From positions 248,001-312,000 of the forward strand of contig NW_003314317.1 in NCBI RefSeq assembly GCF_000143415.4: a stretch of DNA of 64,000 nt, read 5' to 3'. Shown here in pieces: positions 61,561 through 64,000 of the stretch. Each line of letters opens with the position of its first letter. The stretch's first letter is position 1. The position numbers and the translations under genes were made by a program. The notes beneath the pieces were generated by a model. It did no database searches. It had not been told where the DNA came from and saw nothing but the letters and a program-made list of their open reading frames with translations. The DNA is from Selaginella moellendorffii (lineage: Eukaryota; Plantae; Lycopodiophyta).

Positions 61561-61909
61561 GGAAGAACACTATATATTCTTACAGTGTTGCAGAAAAAAG
61601 CCATCGCAAGTAAGAACTCAAAGAAGAAATTTCGAAAGCAAAGCTTTCACCAAGTGTTTGAAGTCACCTGTGATTTGATCGACAAAGGATCTTGGGTGAT
61701 CGCCTGGAAGGTCCCCGCTTTGTGGAGATGAGACTCCTGCGCAGAGAGAAAGCCGCTTCTAACCTGCACTTCTTTTGTGGGGGCGAAGGCTCCAATCGGC
61801 TTCTACTCTCGTTGATAGATCGCATACAGGTGTCACGCAGAGAATCGTCGTCGCTCTACGGGAGCTCCCAAAAACCCTAATTGATTGAAGAGAGACCAAG
61901 GGGAAAGAA

Positions 61910-63130
61910 ATGTATCGCATCGCAGGCGTTTCCCGCATGATCCGGAAGCGGCAGCGCCGAGAGTCTCCGCCAAAGCTCTTTTCTTCCCGAGCGCACTTGC
62001 CCATGGGCACGCACTTGCCACGGGCACGCTTGCCCACGGCGGCAACTGCTGGCAAAGAGATTTCAAAGAAGCGAATGGAAGACGAGAAGACGTGGGTGTG
62101 GAACTGCGTCATCAGAGACTACGGCATGCTTGGCCGAGTCGAGTGCGCTCGAGAGGCATTTCTGCAGTGTCCAGCTAGGAACTTCCTGACCTGGAAGCTC
62201 CTTGCTGACGCATATGCCCACAAGGGGCATTACGGGAAAGTGCTAGAGATTGAAGACAAGATCCCGGCTGTGATGTATCAGCTTGCTCCGCCTCCTCCTT
62301 CTCCAGCATCCATCTTTGATGCTGTTTCTCTGTACCAGAAAGGCAAGAGGTTGGCAGCATGGGAACTTCTTCAAGTGTTTTGCCATGAGGGAAATGGAAG
62401 GAAGCTTCTTTTTTCGGCATTGGGCAAATACAAGACAGTTTCTATGCTTCTTGTGTTCACTTCCCTCTTGACTTATGGCGATGCCCAGCTTTTCAAGCTA
62501 ATTCGGACCATGCTAAAAGAATCTTCACTGACTGAAGAAAGCCTCATCCATCTAGCATGCTGCCAGGGCAAGAAAGAAGTCAAGCGCCTCGAAGACTATT
62601 ATCACGGCCTTCATCTGTCGAAGACTCGGGGCGTTCCAGTCACTCAAGGTGTTTCAGGCGTTCCAGCGGAAGCTACGCGAACTGCGCAGGAACCAGCCAC
62701 TGAGGGCGTTCCAGTGGAAGCTCCGCGAGCTGCGAAGGAACCAGTCACTCAGGGCGTCGTAGTCACTCAGGGTGTTCCAATGGAACCAGCCACTCAGGGC
62801 GTTCCAATGGAAGCGCGAGCTGCGCGTGAGCGTCTCGAGGCTTTGTACATCAAGGCCTTATTCTGTGTGTTTGGCGAGGATATGCGGCTAAAGCTGAAGG
62901 CTCTGAAGACGCTCAGAGCAATGCGAATTGCTGGAGCTCACTGTGGGGACTTACTGCTGGGACAAGGAAAAAGCCGAGCAGATAACTACGCAAAGACACT
63001 GGCAATCCATGCCATATCAGAGGCGGAGCAGCTGATGGCTCTTGGTGACGTGCCTAAAGAGTGCCGGCCATTCGTGAACGCTCTCAGGAGTGTCCTTGCA
63101 AAGCTGAGAGACGACGGTGTCATATGCTAG
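61910..63130 (+). CDS. 406-aa intronless ORF: two degenerate PPR-like motifs, a helical region and internal TQGVP.EA.R tandem repeats
   Basis: VWNCVIRDYGMLGRVECAREAF...RNFLTWKLLADAYAHKGH. DNA repeats at about 62625-62830. Confidence 0.55.
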   Translation: MYRIAGVSRMIRKRQRRESPPKLFSSRAHLPMGTHLPRARLPTAATAGKEISKKRMEDEKTWVWNCVIRDYGMLGRVECAREAFLQCPARNFLTWKLLADAYAHKGHYGKVLEIEDKIPAVMYQLAPPPPSPASIFDAVSLYQKGKRLAAWELLQVFCHEGNGRKLLFSALGKYKTVSMLLVFTSLLTYGDAQLFKLIRTMLKESSLTEESLIHLACCQGKKEVKRLEDYYHGLHLSKTRGVPVTQGVSGVPAEATRTAQEPATEGVPVEAPRAAKEPVTQGVVVTQGVPMEPATQGVPMEARAARERLEALYIKALFCVFGEDMRLKLKALKTLRAMRIAGAHCGDLLLGQGKSRADNYAKTLAIHAISEAEQLMALGDVPKECRPFVNALRSVLAKLRDDGVIC

Positions 63131-64000
63131 GACCCGGGGCTTGTGAATGTACAGTTTTTTACGATGCGACGACAACGTTATAGTAGGATTTTAACCTAGT
63201 AACCGACATCCCCGACTCTTCTATGATGCTATGATGGCTGAGCATGGTGTCAGTGCCTCTAGCCTACGTTGTAAGTTTTTGCGAAACAGGCGGCGCTGAC
63301 ACCAGCTCAGGTGCATTCGTGGTTATTATCGTCTGGACAAGTCTAGCTTTGGGCCGGTCTCACTGTGCCTCTCCAGTTCCCGGCACGGCACTCGTATGGC
63401 ATCAATAAGGTCGCGTTTCTGACCGGAACATGTCCTGAGAGATATCAATGTTTCGGTTACGAAAGCTGGGCTGGTGAAGTAGCCACTGCCGGAGGAGAGC
63501 TTCAGCGCGGTCACTCCGGAGGGACTTGCCAGTGTTGAAGGGGCCTTGCCTGGAAATGCGTTGGTCAGGGCTGGAGTGATCGGGCTCTCTGTTCAAGGCA
63601 GTCCTTGAGATTTGGAAACTTCGAACGTACGGTGTTCGTGGCATCTTCACCTCCTCGAGCTCGATATCTAGATGAGGGGCAGCCGCGCGTGGAAGTCCTC
63701 AGCGCTGGGAACTCCAAGGAGGCATGAGCGTGGCAGAAGTGGAACGGATCTAGCACGATTGGTGTGTGCAGGAAGCACTCTTTTTCCTTTTCTCTGTTTT
63801 GCTTACTATAATATATCTAACGCTTGAAACTAACCAAAACCTAACTAGACCTCAGACCTCTCCACGTGGACAAGTTTGCAACCAAAGTTCTAGACATGGA
63901 GGGAGCTAGAATGCCAAGTTCATCACAATTGCGCTGCCTATCAACATAAGTCCATCAGCATATACCGCGGCGACACATCCTCAAATCGCCTGGGCTCGCA

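Noticed and set aside
63300-63760. Minus-strand gene fragment near the window end
   Set aside because: Short broken ORFs with no motif I can recognise.

Overview
Repeat-rich, eukaryotic land-plant DNA. Very short introns, PLS-type PPR fragments and the retroelement lineages point to a lycophyte such as Selaginella (inference). One intact conserved host gene is present: a SAMTL/At2g35800-like EF-hand mitochondrial carrier at 6453-9095 (-). There are also F-box, PPR and CABIN1-like fragments. Most of the window is a nest of transposons that can be resolved base by base with target-site duplications (TSDs). An old decayed Ty3/gypsy is split by chromovirus family A (29818-57700, TSD TCAAT). Family A contains a 5S-rRNA-bearing Cassandra-like TRIM (32291-32883, TSD GTCGG) and a 19.6-kb Sola-like DNA transposon (36455-56074, TSD AGAC). 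The DNA transposon contains a family-B solo LTR (TSD CATTC), which is itself split by a full non-coding family-B element (41969-49493, TSD GTACT). A separate near-intact Selgy-like gypsy (21793-26803) has a -1 frameshift pseudoknot. Most striking observations: (1) short, frame-restoring spliceosomal introns inside the chromovirus integrase; (2) the Sola-like element carries about 25 copies of a 22-bp palindrome, concentrated in predicted introns and UTRs, plus a second gene with an FCP1-like domain and a possible degenerate DNA-methyltransferase fold; (3) a helper/parasite trio (A, B, TRIM) sharing cis-signals and a covarying structured RNA.
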